Under the pieces are notes generated by a model. That model was not told the DNA's origin, ran no database searches, and was given only the letters and a program-made list of their open reading frames with translations. 64,000 nt of DNA from Alphaproteobacteria bacterium (GTDB lineage Bacteria > Pseudomonadota > Alphaproteobacteria > UBA828): NCBI GenBank assembly GCA_965237415.1, contig CBDEFM010000001.1:649357-713356 (forward strand). Reading direction: 5' to 3'. Each line of letters starts with the position of its first letter. Positions within the stretch are counted from its first letter, which is position 1. This document shows, piece by piece, positions 52,431 to 62,689 of the stretch. Position numbers and translations under genes: made by a program.

Positions 52431-53234
52431 CTAGAGGGCGGCTACGCCGGCTGTGCGCTCAGGTTCCGCCAGAAGGCAGTCGTCCGCGAGCGGCTCAATC
52501 GGGGTGAAGTCCCGGTGCGCGATGTACTCCGGCCGCTGGAAGCGGCGGATCGCGTTGTCTACTCGATTGGCCGAGAAATAGACCGCAAGCCGGCCCCACG
52601 GCGACATGTTGGGCGCAGAACCGTGCACCAGATTGCAGTGGAAGAGCAACGCAGCGCCGGGCTCGCCCTTGGGCGCGACAATTCCCCCTTCCGCCACCAG
52701 CCGCTCGATCGTTTCGTTGTCGACGGTCCAGAGCGGATAGCTCGTGGTGTCGGTGTCGTGGCCGGCCTCGATCCGGCCCCGACGGTGCGAGCGGGGAATG
52801 AACATCAGCGGGCCGTTGAACTCGTTCACCGGATCGAGGAAGACCGCGAGGTTCATGGCCCGGGGCTCGGCCATCAAGTCGTCCCGCGACCACGTGCCGT
52901 AATCCTGATGCCACTGCCAGACGTCGCCGTCGAAGGCGGCCTTGGCGTTCACCTTGAACTGGTGGATGTAGATGGGGCCGCCGAGGACCTGCATCGCAGG
53001 CTCGACCAGGCGCGGATGGCAGGAGAGCCGCCAGTAGATGTCGCTATAGGTGTGGACCCCGAAGGCGGTGCGCACCGCGCCGTTCCGCTCGCGCACGATC
53101 TCCGGCCCCTTGCGGGCGAAAACCGCGGGCAGCGCCGCGCGCAGCACCGCGGCCTCCGCCGCCGAGAAGAGCTCCGGCAGGAAAAGATAGCCCTCGCGGT
53201 CCAGGGTCTCGCATTGTTCGGCTGAAAGCTTCAT
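52431..53234 (-). CDS. Phytanoyl-CoA dioxygenase family 2OG-Fe(II) hydroxylase (ectoine/proline hydroxylase-like)
   Basis: QFKVNAKAAFDGDVWQWHQDY, NGPLMFIPRSH, FHCNLVHGSAPNMSPW. Confidence 0.88.
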   Translation of the reverse strand: MKLSAEQCETLDREGYLFLPELFSAAEAAVLRAALPAVFARKGPEIVRERNGAVRTAFGVHTYSDIYWRLSCHPRLVEPAMQVLGGPIYIHQFKVNAKAAFDGDVWQWHQDYGTWSRDDLMAEPRAMNLAVFLDPVNEFNGPLMFIPRSHRRGRIEAGHDTDTTSYPLWTVDNETIERLVAEGGIVAPKGEPGAALLFHCNLVHGSAPNMSPWGRLAVYFSANRVDNAIRRFQRPEYIAHRDFTPIEPLADDCLLAEPERTAGVAAL

Positions 53235-53324
53235 CGGCCGCTCCCTCCTGCGCCTCACGCGCAAATTGCGCCGACAGAGCCGGGTGCGTCAAGACGCCAA
53301 GTGCGGGCGCTACGTTGCCGCTGC

Positions 53325-54257
53325 CTAATCGGATGCTTTGCTGGCAGGGGCGGGCGGCCGGTTGACCAAGAAGAGGCCCGCGAGCATCAGGACCAGCGCA
53401 AGCCAGATCCAATAGCTGTGGCTTTCGCCGAAGAAGAGCACGCCCCAGCCGATGCCGGTAAGCGGGATCATGAAGTTGACCGTCGTAAAGAACACGGGGC
53501 CCGCGAGGCGGATGATCTCGACCATCAGGTAGAAGACGAGCGCCGTGACCCCCGCCGCGCCGGCCAGCGCCCAATCGCCGTCGGTCATCGGCCCCTCGAA
53601 CCACCACCACTGGCCGGTCGCCGCCATCACGACGAACATGAATAGGGCCCCGGTCGCCAGAACGCCGCCGGCCAGCGGTAGCGCGCCGGCGGCCGGCGGC
53701 TTGAGCCACGAGATGATCAGCGCGTTCGCGACATAGAGCACCGGCGCGACGAAGCTCAGCAACACCCAGGGCGCCATGTCCGGGGTAGGAAGGCTGGTTT
53801 CGGGGACCACCACCAGCGCGACGCCGCCGACGCCGAGAACCAGCCCGACGGTGCGGATCGTGCGGAAGCGGTCCATGCGAAAGAGCGCGGCGGCCGGATA
53901 CGTGAGGATGGGCGTGAGCGTCGCGCCGAGGCCCAGCACACCCGCCGGAACCTTGGGCGCGACGAAGGCCAGCACGGTGTAGGTCATGCCGAATGAGATC
54001 GTGCCGAGCGCGATGTAGCCGCGCATGTGCTCCCACGAGAGCTTGGGCAGCGTGCGGAACACCGCGCCCAGACCCAGCAGGATGAGCGCGGCACCTGTCC
54101 CCATCCAGAACACGTAGGGGATGAAGGGAATGCCGTCGGTGGTCGCCAGCCGGTTGAGAGAATAGAGGATCCCCCAGCCGAGGGCCGAGACCACCAGCAG
54201 AACTGCCGACCAGAGGAGCGCGTATGCGCCGTCGCCACGCGGTGTGGGCTCCGTCAC
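53325..54257 (-). CDS. DMT/EamA family transporter
   Basis: Paralog of 51486-52403; LAGPVFFTTVNF...WGVLFFGE. Confidence 0.88.
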   Translation of the reverse strand: MTEPTPRGDGAYALLWSAVLLVVSALGWGILYSLNRLATTDGIPFIPYVFWMGTGAALILLGLGAVFRTLPKLSWEHMRGYIALGTISFGMTYTVLAFVAPKVPAGVLGLGATLTPILTYPAAALFRMDRFRTIRTVGLVLGVGGVALVVVPETSLPTPDMAPWVLLSFVAPVLYVANALIISWLKPPAAGALPLAGGVLATGALFMFVVMAATGQWWWFEGPMTDGDWALAGAAGVTALVFYLMVEIIRLAGPVFFTTVNFMIPLTGIGWGVLFFGESHSYWIWLALVLMLAGLFLVNRPPAPASKASD

Positions 54258-54273
54258 ACGCTGTCCCCCGGCT

Positions 54274-56268
54274 CTACAGCTTCATGCCGAGGGTCCTGCC
54301 TTCGTAGAAGGCCATGCTCGCGGTGCGTGCCGCGACCATGTCGCCGACGGTGTGGACCTCGATAGCGTCGGCGTCGAGTGCGCGGGCAAGCGCGTCGTCG
54401 ACCGTGTTGGTGGTCGCCAGCACCAGGCTGTCGAACGCCAGCTCCCGCACGTCGCCCGTGTAAAGGTTCGCGATCGTGGCCGTGGTCCCGGCCCAGCGTG
54501 TCAGCGCATGGCTGCAAACCACCTCGACGCCCATCTTCGCGAAGCGCTCGCGCGTGCTCGGGCCGAGGTGGGAGACATCGAGCGCCTCGGCAGGCTTGTC
54601 GGACGCGGTGACGACGGTCACGTCGTGGCCTTGTTCGGCGAGGTGCAGCGCGGTACCGGAGGCGGGCCACCAGCCGTTGAGGTCGTCGAGCAGAAGGACC
54701 CGCTTGCCGGGCCGGGCGGCGCCCTCGAGAACGTCATTGACGGAACAGACGTTCTCCTGCTCGACGCCGGGCAGCGCGTCGACGTGGGGGAGGGCGCGCT
54801 GGAACCCGGTGCGGGTCGGCTGAGACCCGGTGGAGAGCACGACGGCGTCGGCGCCGAAATCCCGAATGGCGTCGGGGCCCAATTCCGTCCCGAGCTCGAC
54901 CCGGACCTGCAGCTTCTCAAGCTGGCTCCGGTACCAGCCCAGCAGCTCGCCGATCTCGTCCCGCTCCGGCTGTGCCGCGGCGAGGCGGAACTGCCCGCCG
55001 AGGTCTGCCGCCTTCTCCACCAGCGTCACGCGATGCCCGCGCGCAGCCGCGACACGCGCCGTCTCCAGCCCCGCAGGGCCGCCGCCCACCACCAGCACAT
55101 GGCGGGGTTTCTCGGCCGGCGGGGCGCTGTCGCCGTCCCAGGCATGTTCGCGGCCGACGGAGGGATTGACGAGGCAGGAGATGTGGTAGTCCCGCATGCG
55201 CCGCCCGATACAGAGCTGATTGCAGGATATACACGGCCGGATGTCGTCCGCCCGGCCCTCGCGCGCCTTGTTGGCGAGGTGCGGATCGGCGATCTGCCCG
55301 CGCACGATGGAGACGAGATCGCAGAGCCCGCTCGCGATGGCGGCCTCGGCGCGCTCGGGCGTCTTGACCCGTGCTTCGGCCGTGACCAGCGCGTGCGTCA
55401 CGACCTGCTTGATGGCGGCGGCATCCTGCGTGCCCAGTGGCGTCGCGTGATGGAAGCCCGGCACGATCGCCGTGAAGCGGTTGATGTAGCTGCCGGTGCC
55501 GCAGGAGAAGTAGTCCGCGAGGCCGCGCTCGTCGAGCCAGGCGAAGATCTCCTGCTTGTCGGCCATGGTAAGGCCGCCGGGATAGGGCTCGGCGCCGGAG
55601 ACGGTCATGCCGACGATGAAGTCCGGCCCGCAGGCCTTGCGAATGCCGTCTGCGATCTCGGTCACGAAGCGGAGCCGGTTCTCCAGGCTGCCGCCCCAGG
55701 CATCGTCGCGCCGGTTGGTGAGCGGCGACCAGAACTGGTCGATCAGGCAGGAATAGCCGGCGAAGAGGTCGACCCCGTCGAACCCGCCCTTCTGGTCGCG
55801 CACCGCTTGGTCGATAAATGCCTGGATGAGCTCGCGAATCTCGGCCTCACTCATCGCGTGACTGCCCCAAGGGTCGTGGTGGCTGACCTGACCGGAAGGG
55901 GACCAGTAGGGCGCCCAGGAGTTGTCCTGATCGCCGTGAGCGCCGACGTGATAGATCTGATGACACATGACGGTGCCATGGCTGTGGCATTCGTCGGTGA
56001 TCTTGCGGAAGTGGGGAATGACGGCGTCGTCGGCCATGAAGTTGCCGCGCGTGAGCACCGCCGTCGGGTGCGGCGGCGTCGGTTCGACGACGATCATGGC
56101 GGCGCCACCCCGCGCGCGCTCGCGGTAATAGCCGAAGTGCCGGTCGAGCGGCAGCCCGCCCTCCGCCATGTTCGCCGTGTGCGCGCCGAACACGATGCGG
56201 CACTTGAGGGTGTGCCCCCGGAGGCGCACCGGCGTGAACAGCTTGGGGAAATGCTCCGGCTTCGTCAT
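54274..56268 (-). CDS. NADH:flavin oxidoreductase (OYE-like TIM barrel, Fe-S and FAD domains)
   Basis: ERARGGAAMIV, TNRRDDAWGGSLENRLRF, CISCNQLC, VVGGGPAGLETA. Confidence 0.9.
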   Translation of the reverse strand: MTKPEHFPKLFTPVRLRGHTLKCRIVFGAHTANMAEGGLPLDRHFGYYRERARGGAAMIVVEPTPPHPTAVLTRGNFMADDAVIPHFRKITDECHSHGTVMCHQIYHVGAHGDQDNSWAPYWSPSGQVSHHDPWGSHAMSEAEIRELIQAFIDQAVRDQKGGFDGVDLFAGYSCLIDQFWSPLTNRRDDAWGGSLENRLRFVTEIADGIRKACGPDFIVGMTVSGAEPYPGGLTMADKQEIFAWLDERGLADYFSCGTGSYINRFTAIVPGFHHATPLGTQDAAAIKQVVTHALVTAEARVKTPERAEAAIASGLCDLVSIVRGQIADPHLANKAREGRADDIRPCISCNQLCIGRRMRDYHISCLVNPSVGREHAWDGDSAPPAEKPRHVLVVGGGPAGLETARVAAARGHRVTLVEKAADLGGQFRLAAAQPERDEIGELLGWYRSQLEKLQVRVELGTELGPDAIRDFGADAVVLSTGSQPTRTGFQRALPHVDALPGVEQENVCSVNDVLEGAARPGKRVLLLDDLNGWWPASGTALHLAEQGHDVTVVTASDKPAEALDVSHLGPSTRERFAKMGVEVVCSHALTRWAGTTATIANLYTGDVRELAFDSLVLATTNTVDDALARALDADAIEVHTVGDMVAARTASMAFYEGRTLGMKL

Positions 56269-56473
56269 TTCGCTCTCCCCCTCGCCGTCTTCGCCCACGA
56301 GTGGGCGCCGCATGCCGTTCGCCGCGTTCGTGCGCCCGAGGCCGTGGCCGATAACCATAGCACCATCGCCACCCCCAAGGGCGCAGAGGGACTGGGCGGA
56401 AGCGGAGGCGCACCGTCTGTGCCCACAGGTTTTCATGGACATCGAAGCTATGGCGTGAGATCAGGCAGGCACC

Positions 56474-57388
56474 ATGCGGTGTGAGAGTGTGAGCTTCTAC
56501 AGCGAGGGCGTCCGGCTTGCCGGCGATCTCTACAGACCTGCCAACGCCGGCCCGGAGGATGCCCGCGCCGGCATCGTGCTCTGCCACGGCTATACCGGGG
56601 TGAAGAGCCTCTACCTGCCCGACAACGCGCGGGTGCTGACGGAGGCGGGCTACGCGGTGCTTACCTTCGACTACAAGGGCTGGGGGGCGAGCGAGGGGCC
56701 GCGCGCCCGGCTCGCGCCTTTCAGCCGTGTCGCCGACGTGCAGGCCGCCCTCACCTTCCTCGAGACCCGGCCAGGTCTCGACCCGGCACACCTCGGCCTC
56801 TACGGCACCAGCTACGGCGGCGCCACGGCGATCTGGGCGGCCGCGCTCGATACGCGGGTGCGCTGTGTGGTCAGCGTGGTCGGCGTCGGCGATGGGCGCC
56901 GCTGGATGCGGAGCGTGCGCCGGCCGGACGAATGGCACGACCTGCTCGCCCGCGCGCGGGAGGATCGCGAGGCCGCCGTCGTGAGCGGCGAGTCTCAGTT
57001 CGCCGAGCGCGACGAGATTCTGCTGCAGGACCGGGCATCGGCCGCGCTTTCGGCCGCGGCGCGGGCCAACAATCCCGATGCGGTCTCCACCGTGCCTGCC
57101 TCCTTCATCGACGAGACGCTCTCGTTCCACGCCGACTGGGTGGTGGGAAAGATTGCGCCTCGGCCCCTGCTCCTCATCACAACCGAGGACGACCGCCTGG
57201 TACCGCCCGAGGAGTCGCGGTCCCTCTACAGCCTTGCCGGCGAGCCGAAGAAGCTCATCGTGCTCAAGGGCTATGGGCACTACGACGTCTATGCTGAGCC
57301 CGCCTTCGGCGAGGTCATGGCGGCGACGCTCGCGTGGTATCGGGCGCATCTCCCGGCACAGGCACTCGACGCCCCGCCAGCGGGCTAA
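56474..57388 (+). CDS. Alpha/beta hydrolase
   Basis: VLCHGY, FDYKGWGASEG, GTSYGG nucleophile elbow, GHYD. Confidence 0.9.
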   Translation: MRCESVSFYSEGVRLAGDLYRPANAGPEDARAGIVLCHGYTGVKSLYLPDNARVLTEAGYAVLTFDYKGWGASEGPRARLAPFSRVADVQAALTFLETRPGLDPAHLGLYGTSYGGATAIWAAALDTRVRCVVSVVGVGDGRRWMRSVRRPDEWHDLLARAREDREAAVVSGESQFAERDEILLQDRASAALSAAARANNPDAVSTVPASFIDETLSFHADWVVGKIAPRPLLLITTEDDRLVPPEESRSLYSLAGEPKKLIVLKGYGHYDVYAEPAFGEVMAATLAWYRAHLPAQALDAPPAG

Positions 57389-57392
57389 CCCT

Positions 57393-58391
57393 GTGAGCGA
57401 GCCCGTCACAATCACGCTCGCGCCTGCGGGTGAGCGCTTCACCTGCGGCCCAGGCGAGACCATCCTGCGCGCAGGGCTCGCGGCGGGCTTCGCCATGCCC
57501 TACGAGTGCACGAGCGGAAGCTGCAGCTCGTGCAAGGGGCGGCTCATCGCGGGCGAAGTGGAGTACCTCTGGCCCGATGCCACCGGGCTCAGCGAGCGCG
57601 ACCGCCGCAAGGGCGACCGCATCCTCTGCTGCCAGGCGCTGCCCAAGGGCGATTGCGAGGTCCAGGTGCGCCTCGGCCAGGTGGAGGGCGCGCGAGAGGA
57701 GCCCGCGCCATCACCCTTCACGGCTACGGTCGAGACGCTGGAGCAGCTCGCGCCGGGTGTTATCGCTTTCAGCTGCCGGCCGGAGCAGCCCGTGCCCTTC
57801 CTGCCGGGGCAGTTCGTGCTCCTCCAGGTGCCGGACGGCCAGCGGCGCGCCTACTCGATGGCGAACACCGAGCCCGAGACACTCGCCTTCATCGTGAAGG
57901 AGAAGCCGGGCGGCCACGCGTCTCGCTATCTCTTCGACGAACTCGCGCTCGGCGACACGGTAAGCCTGGAAGGGCCTTACGGCCGGGCTTACCTGCGCAC
58001 GCCGCCGGTGCGGGAGATGGTCTGCGTCGCCGGCGGCTCCGGGCTTGCGCCGATTCTCTCGCTCGCGCGTGCCGCCATCGCAGAGCCCGATACCCTTGCC
58101 GTACACCTCTTCTTCGGAGCGAACAGCGCCGAGGAACTATTCATGGCGGACGAGATGGAGGCGCTGGCCGCCGAACACGATCGGCTCTCGCTCACGCTGG
58201 CGGTCCGCGACGGCGCGCCGGGTGCGGCCACCGGCCTCGTCGGCGACGTCGCGCTGGCGGCGATGGAAGGGCTGGCCGAATGCGATTTCTACATGGCCGG
58301 GCCGCCGGGACTGATCGATGCGCTGCTCAGGCCCGTCATGCGGTGCGGCAAGGTCCGGCCTGAGCGCATCTTCTTCGACCGCTTCTACTGA
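57393..58391 (+). CDS. 2Fe-2S ferredoxin:NAD(P)H oxidoreductase (monooxygenase reductase type)
   Basis: ECTSGSCSSCK...ILCC, RRAYSMAN, GPYG, VAGGSGLAP, AGPP, FFDRF. Confidence 0.9.
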   Translation: MSEPVTITLAPAGERFTCGPGETILRAGLAAGFAMPYECTSGSCSSCKGRLIAGEVEYLWPDATGLSERDRRKGDRILCCQALPKGDCEVQVRLGQVEGAREEPAPSPFTATVETLEQLAPGVIAFSCRPEQPVPFLPGQFVLLQVPDGQRRAYSMANTEPETLAFIVKEKPGGHASRYLFDELALGDTVSLEGPYGRAYLRTPPVREMVCVAGGSGLAPILSLARAAIAEPDTLAVHLFFGANSAEELFMADEMEALAAEHDRLSLTLAVRDGAPGAATGLVGDVALAAMEGLAECDFYMAGPPGLIDALLRPVMRCGKVRPERIFFDRFY

Positions 58392-58519
58392 GCCCCGCGC
58401 TCCTCGGCGTGGCCGGCGGTCGGTCATGGCGCGCTCCCCGCCACTGATTTAGCATAAGCCCGAAAATGGAAACGGCCGCCCGGCCGGATGTCACAACCCC
58501 GAGAAGTCAGGAGGACGCC

Positions 58520-60007
58520 ATGGCCTTTCGCGTCGAGGAAACGACGATTGCCGGTATCCACGCGGCGTATCGTTCAGGCGATCTCACCGCGGCGGAGCTC
58601 GTGTCGCGCTATCTCGCGCGGATCGAAGCCTACGATCGAAACGGCCCCGCCCTGAACTCGGTGATCAACGTCAACCCGAAGGCAGTGGAAGAGGCCGAGG
58701 CGCTCGACGAAGTGTTCGCCAAGGGCGGGCTTACCGGGCCGCTCCACGGCATTCCGGTGATCGTGAAGGATCAGATCGAGACTGCCGATATCGTCACGAC
58801 CTTCGGCTCCGCCGCCGCCGCCGGCTACCTGCCGGAGAAGGACGCGACAACGATCAGGTTGATGCGCGATGCCGGCGCGATCATCCTCGCGAAGACGGCG
58901 ATGCCCGATTTCGCGACCTCGTGGTTCGGCTATTGCTCGGCCATCGGCGAGACCAAGAATCCCTACGATCTTGGCCGCGATCCAGGCGGGTCGAGCGGCG
59001 GCACCGGCTGTGCGGTCGCCGCAAATCTCGGCGCCATCGGCCTCGGCGAGGATACGGGCGGCTCTGCCCGACTGCCGGCTTCGTTCGACAACCTGGTGGG
59101 GCTGAAGGTAACGCCTGGCCTGATCAGCCGGGCCGGCATGTCGCCGCTCGTCGTCTTCCAGGATTCCGCCGGGCCGATGTGCCGCACCGTCACCGACCTG
59201 GCCAAACTGCTGCAGGTCATCGTCGGCTTCGACCCCGAAGATCCCTATACCTCAACGGCGCTCATCGCCGGGAAGACGGACTACGTCGCTTGTCTCGACA
59301 AGGACGCGCTATCGGGCAAGACCATCGGCGTCGTGCGTTCGGCCTTCGGCGACTCGTCCAATCCCGATGCGGCGGCGGTCAATGCGGTCATCGAGGGTGC
59401 CCTCGGCGCGCTGAGGGGCGCCGGCGTGACCCTTGTCGATGTCGAAATCCCCGATCTCATGGATTACATCGTGTATTCGTCGCTCTACATCAATCATTCG
59501 CGGAGCGCGATCGACGAGTTCATGGCGTCCCGCCCCTCGTTGCCGCCGGAAAGCATTCGCGCGCTCTACGATGCCAAGCAGTATCATCCGGCGCTCGATC
59601 TGTTCGAAGAGATCGCGCAGGGTCCGGAAGACCCCTATTCGGATCCGGAGTATTATCCGCGCTACACGACCTCGGAAAAATTCAGGCGGGTCGTCATCAA
59701 TCAGATGGGCAAGGCCGGTGCCGATGCGCTGGTCTTCCCGACGACCCAGGTCCAGTCGCCAAGGCGCGAGGATCTCGACGCCGGGCAATGGAAGACGCTC
59801 GAGTTCCCCACGAACACCCTGATCGGCGCTCAGACCTGGATGCCGGCGATCAGCGTGCCTGCCGGCTTTACGCCTGGCGGCGTGCCGGTGGGGATGGAGA
59901 TCCTGGGCCTGCCCTACCGCGAGGGCGATCTGCTGGCGCTCGCCTATTCCTTCGAGCAGGCGACGCAGCACCGCCGGGCACCGGCCGCCACGCCGGAGCT
60001 GGGTTGA
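58520..60007 (+). CDS. Amidase-signature family protein
   Basis: GPLHGIPVIVKD, PGGSSGGTG, GEDTGGSARLPA. Confidence 0.9.
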   Translation: MAFRVEETTIAGIHAAYRSGDLTAAELVSRYLARIEAYDRNGPALNSVINVNPKAVEEAEALDEVFAKGGLTGPLHGIPVIVKDQIETADIVTTFGSAAAAGYLPEKDATTIRLMRDAGAIILAKTAMPDFATSWFGYCSAIGETKNPYDLGRDPGGSSGGTGCAVAANLGAIGLGEDTGGSARLPASFDNLVGLKVTPGLISRAGMSPLVVFQDSAGPMCRTVTDLAKLLQVIVGFDPEDPYTSTALIAGKTDYVACLDKDALSGKTIGVVRSAFGDSSNPDAAAVNAVIEGALGALRGAGVTLVDVEIPDLMDYIVYSSLYINHSRSAIDEFMASRPSLPPESIRALYDAKQYHPALDLFEEIAQGPEDPYSDPEYYPRYTTSEKFRRVVINQMGKAGADALVFPTTQVQSPRREDLDAGQWKTLEFPTNTLIGAQTWMPAISVPAGFTPGGVPVGMEILGLPYREGDLLALAYSFEQATQHRRAPAATPELG

Positions 60008-60042
60008 TCGTTTCGGCTTGATTTTTCAGGTTGGCGTGGCGC

Positions 60043-61062
60043 TCACGCGCCGGAGCGCGTCGCCACACGGCGCGCAAGCACGTCGAGCGCAAGCGCGCCG
60101 ACGATGATCGAGCCCTTGATGATGTCCTGGTAGAAGACGCTGATGTCGAGCAGGACGAAGCCGTTCGATATCGTCGCGATGATGCCGAGACCCACGACTG
60201 TCCGCCACATCGACCCGAAGCCGCCGGCGAGAGAGGTCCCGCCCACGACGACGATGGTCAGCACATCGAAGATGATGACAGGGTCGAGATTGGCCTGGGC
60301 CGAGTTGAGCTGAGACGCCGTGAGCGTGCCGGCGACGCCCATGCACACGCCTGAGAGCACATAGGTGCTGCCGATCACGGTGCGGACGCGGATGCCGGAA
60401 AGCCGGCTCGCCTCCCGGTTGCCGCCGACGGCGTAGATCGCCTCGCCATAGACGGTCTTCGCGAGCACCAGCCCGCCGACCAGGAGGAAGCCGATCAGCA
60501 TCATCCCCGAGAAGGGGAAGCCGTGCCAACGGCCGGCGCCGAGATCGCCAAAGGCCATGTCGGGCACGACGAAGGCCGCGTTCTTGGTCATCACATAGGT
60601 GACGCCGCCAAGGATGAATCCGGTGCCCACCGTCGTGATGAACGGGTTGATGTTGACGCCGACGACCAGCACCGCATTGAGGAGACCGACGACGAATCCT
60701 GCCGCGATGGCGGCGAGGAACGCGTAAGCGGGGTCCACCATGATGCCGACCCCGGCCGCGACCACCGCGCAGAGCGAGTAGCCGGAGGCGATCGACAGAT
60801 CGAAGCCGCCGGTCAGGATCACGTAGGTCATGCCCACTGCCATGATCCCGGCCGGCGCCCACTGGGACAGCATGTTGAAGATGTTGCCCTGGGAGAGGAA
60901 TGCGGGATTGCCGATGGAGACGACGATGACGAGAATCACGAAGGCGACGATGATTCCGTAGGTGCGGAACGCGACCCCGCCATAGTGCCGCAAGAGGGCC
61001 GCGCTGCTCTCCGTGCGGCTGCCGGAGGCGGAATCCTGGGGCGGGGGCGGCGACGGGTTCAT
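60043..61062 (-). CDS. Sugar ABC transporter permease
   Basis: GMTYVILTGGFDLS, YAVGGNREASRLSGI, VVGGTSLAGG. Confidence 0.92.
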   Translation of the reverse strand: MNPSPPPPQDSASGSRTESSAALLRHYGGVAFRTYGIIVAFVILVIVVSIGNPAFLSQGNIFNMLSQWAPAGIMAVGMTYVILTGGFDLSIASGYSLCAVVAAGVGIMVDPAYAFLAAIAAGFVVGLLNAVLVVGVNINPFITTVGTGFILGGVTYVMTKNAAFVVPDMAFGDLGAGRWHGFPFSGMMLIGFLLVGGLVLAKTVYGEAIYAVGGNREASRLSGIRVRTVIGSTYVLSGVCMGVAGTLTASQLNSAQANLDPVIIFDVLTIVVVGGTSLAGGFGSMWRTVVGLGIIATISNGFVLLDISVFYQDIIKGSIIVGALALDVLARRVATRSGA

Positions 61063-62600
61063 GCCGCAGCCTCCCCCTCCACGCCAAACGTCATCGTGAG
61101 AACGCGCTCCAGGGAGAGGTCCTCACGCTCCAGGATGGCAACCTGCCGTCCCTTGGCCAGCACCAGGACGCGGTCGGCAATCTCGACCACCTCCTCGAGC
61201 TCCGAGGACACCATGATGATCGCCATTCCTTCGTCGGCCAGGCGGCGCATGACGGCGAACATCTCTCCCTTCGCGCCGACATCGATGCCGCGCGTGGGCT
61301 CGTCCATCAACAGCACCCGCGGCCGGCGGTGAAGCCATTTGCCGACCACGAGCTTCTGCTGATTGCCGCCGGACAGCGTCTCCGTCGGCGCGCCCAGACG
61401 GCGCGGGTCGAAGGCGAGCGAGGTGGCGATCGCCTCGGCCGCGGATTTGCGGCGCCCGCTTCGCACGATCGCGCCGGGCGCGATTCCGCGCATGTCGGTC
61501 ATGGTGACGTTCACGAAACCGCTCTGGCTCAGCACCAGCCCCTGGCCTTTTCGATCTTCGGGCGTAAGCGCGATCCCGAGCTTCAGTGCCCGGCCGATCG
61601 TGCGTGGCAAGGGCTGCGTGCGGCCATCGATTGTGAGCGTTCCTGCGGCGCCGGGCTGAGTGCCCGCCAGGGCGCACAGCAGCTCGGTTCTGCCTGCGCC
61701 CACCAGGCCCGCGATCCCGAATATCTCGCCGGCGCGGAGGACGAACGAGATGTCCTGGAGCTTGCCGGGCACCGCGACGCCGTCCACGCGCAGGAGCTCA
61801 TCACCGTCCGAGGCACGCCGGCGCGCGGGGAGCGCGCGCAACTCGGTCCCCAGCATGGTGCTGACCAGCTTCTCCTTGTCCCACGCGCCGACGTCGGCCG
61901 TGGCGACCATCTCCCCGTCGCGCATGACCGAGATTCGGTCGCAGAGTCTCAGCACCTCGTCCAGATCATGGGAGATATAGATGACCGACGTGCGCTCGTC
62001 GCGAAGCCGACCCACCGTCTCGTAGAGCCGCTCGCGCTCGTTGGGCCCGAGCGACGCCGTGGGCTCGTCCATGATGAGAATGCGATGATCGGCCTGGAGC
62101 GCCCGCATGATCTCCAGTATCTGCTGGTTTGCCACCGAGAGATCGCCGGCAAGGGCCCTCGGCTGAATAGTGACGCCGAGACGGGCGCCCAGCTCCCGGA
62201 AGCGCTGTTCCATGGCGCGCCGATTCACTATGGGTCCCCGCCGCATGGGGCGGCCGAGAAACACGTTCGAGGCTGCGGACATGTCCGCGACGATGGTGAG
62301 TTCCTGGTAGATCGCAGCGACGCCCGCGCGCTGCTGGGCGCGGGGGCCGTGCTGGTCGACCGCTTCGCCGAATATCTCGATGCTGCCCTTATCGGCTGTG
62401 TAGGCGCCGGTGAGGATCTTGATCAGCGTGGATTTGCCGGCGCCGTTCTCGCCCACGAGGCCGTGGACCTCGCCTTCACGAAGCACGAAATCGATACCCT
62501 TGAGCGCCTGAACGCCGGGGAACGACTTCGAGACGCGCTCGACGTGGATGGCGTCGAGCCCGGCGGACGATGTTGCGGGCGGGTCGATCCGAGCCTCCAA
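61059..62600 (-). CDS. Sugar ABC transporter ATP-binding protein (two NBDs, RbsA-like)
   Basis: GENGAGKST, MDEPT, LSGGNQQK, DEPTRGIDVGAK. Confidence 0.93.
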   Translation of the reverse strand: MEARIDPPATSSAGLDAIHVERVSKSFPGVQALKGIDFVLREGEVHGLVGENGAGKSTLIKILTGAYTADKGSIEIFGEAVDQHGPRAQQRAGVAAIYQELTIVADMSAASNVFLGRPMRRGPIVNRRAMEQRFRELGARLGVTIQPRALAGDLSVANQQILEIMRALQADHRILIMDEPTASLGPNERERLYETVGRLRDERTSVIYISHDLDEVLRLCDRISVMRDGEMVATADVGAWDKEKLVSTMLGTELRALPARRRASDGDELLRVDGVAVPGKLQDISFVLRAGEIFGIAGLVGAGRTELLCALAGTQPGAAGTLTIDGRTQPLPRTIGRALKLGIALTPEDRKGQGLVLSQSGFVNVTMTDMRGIAPGAIVRSGRRKSAAEAIATSLAFDPRRLGAPTETLSGGNQQKLVVGKWLHRRPRVLLMDEPTRGIDVGAKGEMFAVMRRLADEGMAIIMVSSELEEVVEIADRVLVLAKGRQVAILEREDLSLERVLTMTFGVEGEAAA

Positions 62601-62689
62601 TGCCTAGCGCCTTCCACGCCCGCTCGTTTCACGAGGGAACGGGCGAAGAGGGCCGGGTGTGCGTCCCCGGCCCCCGCGCCGCTGCGCCC

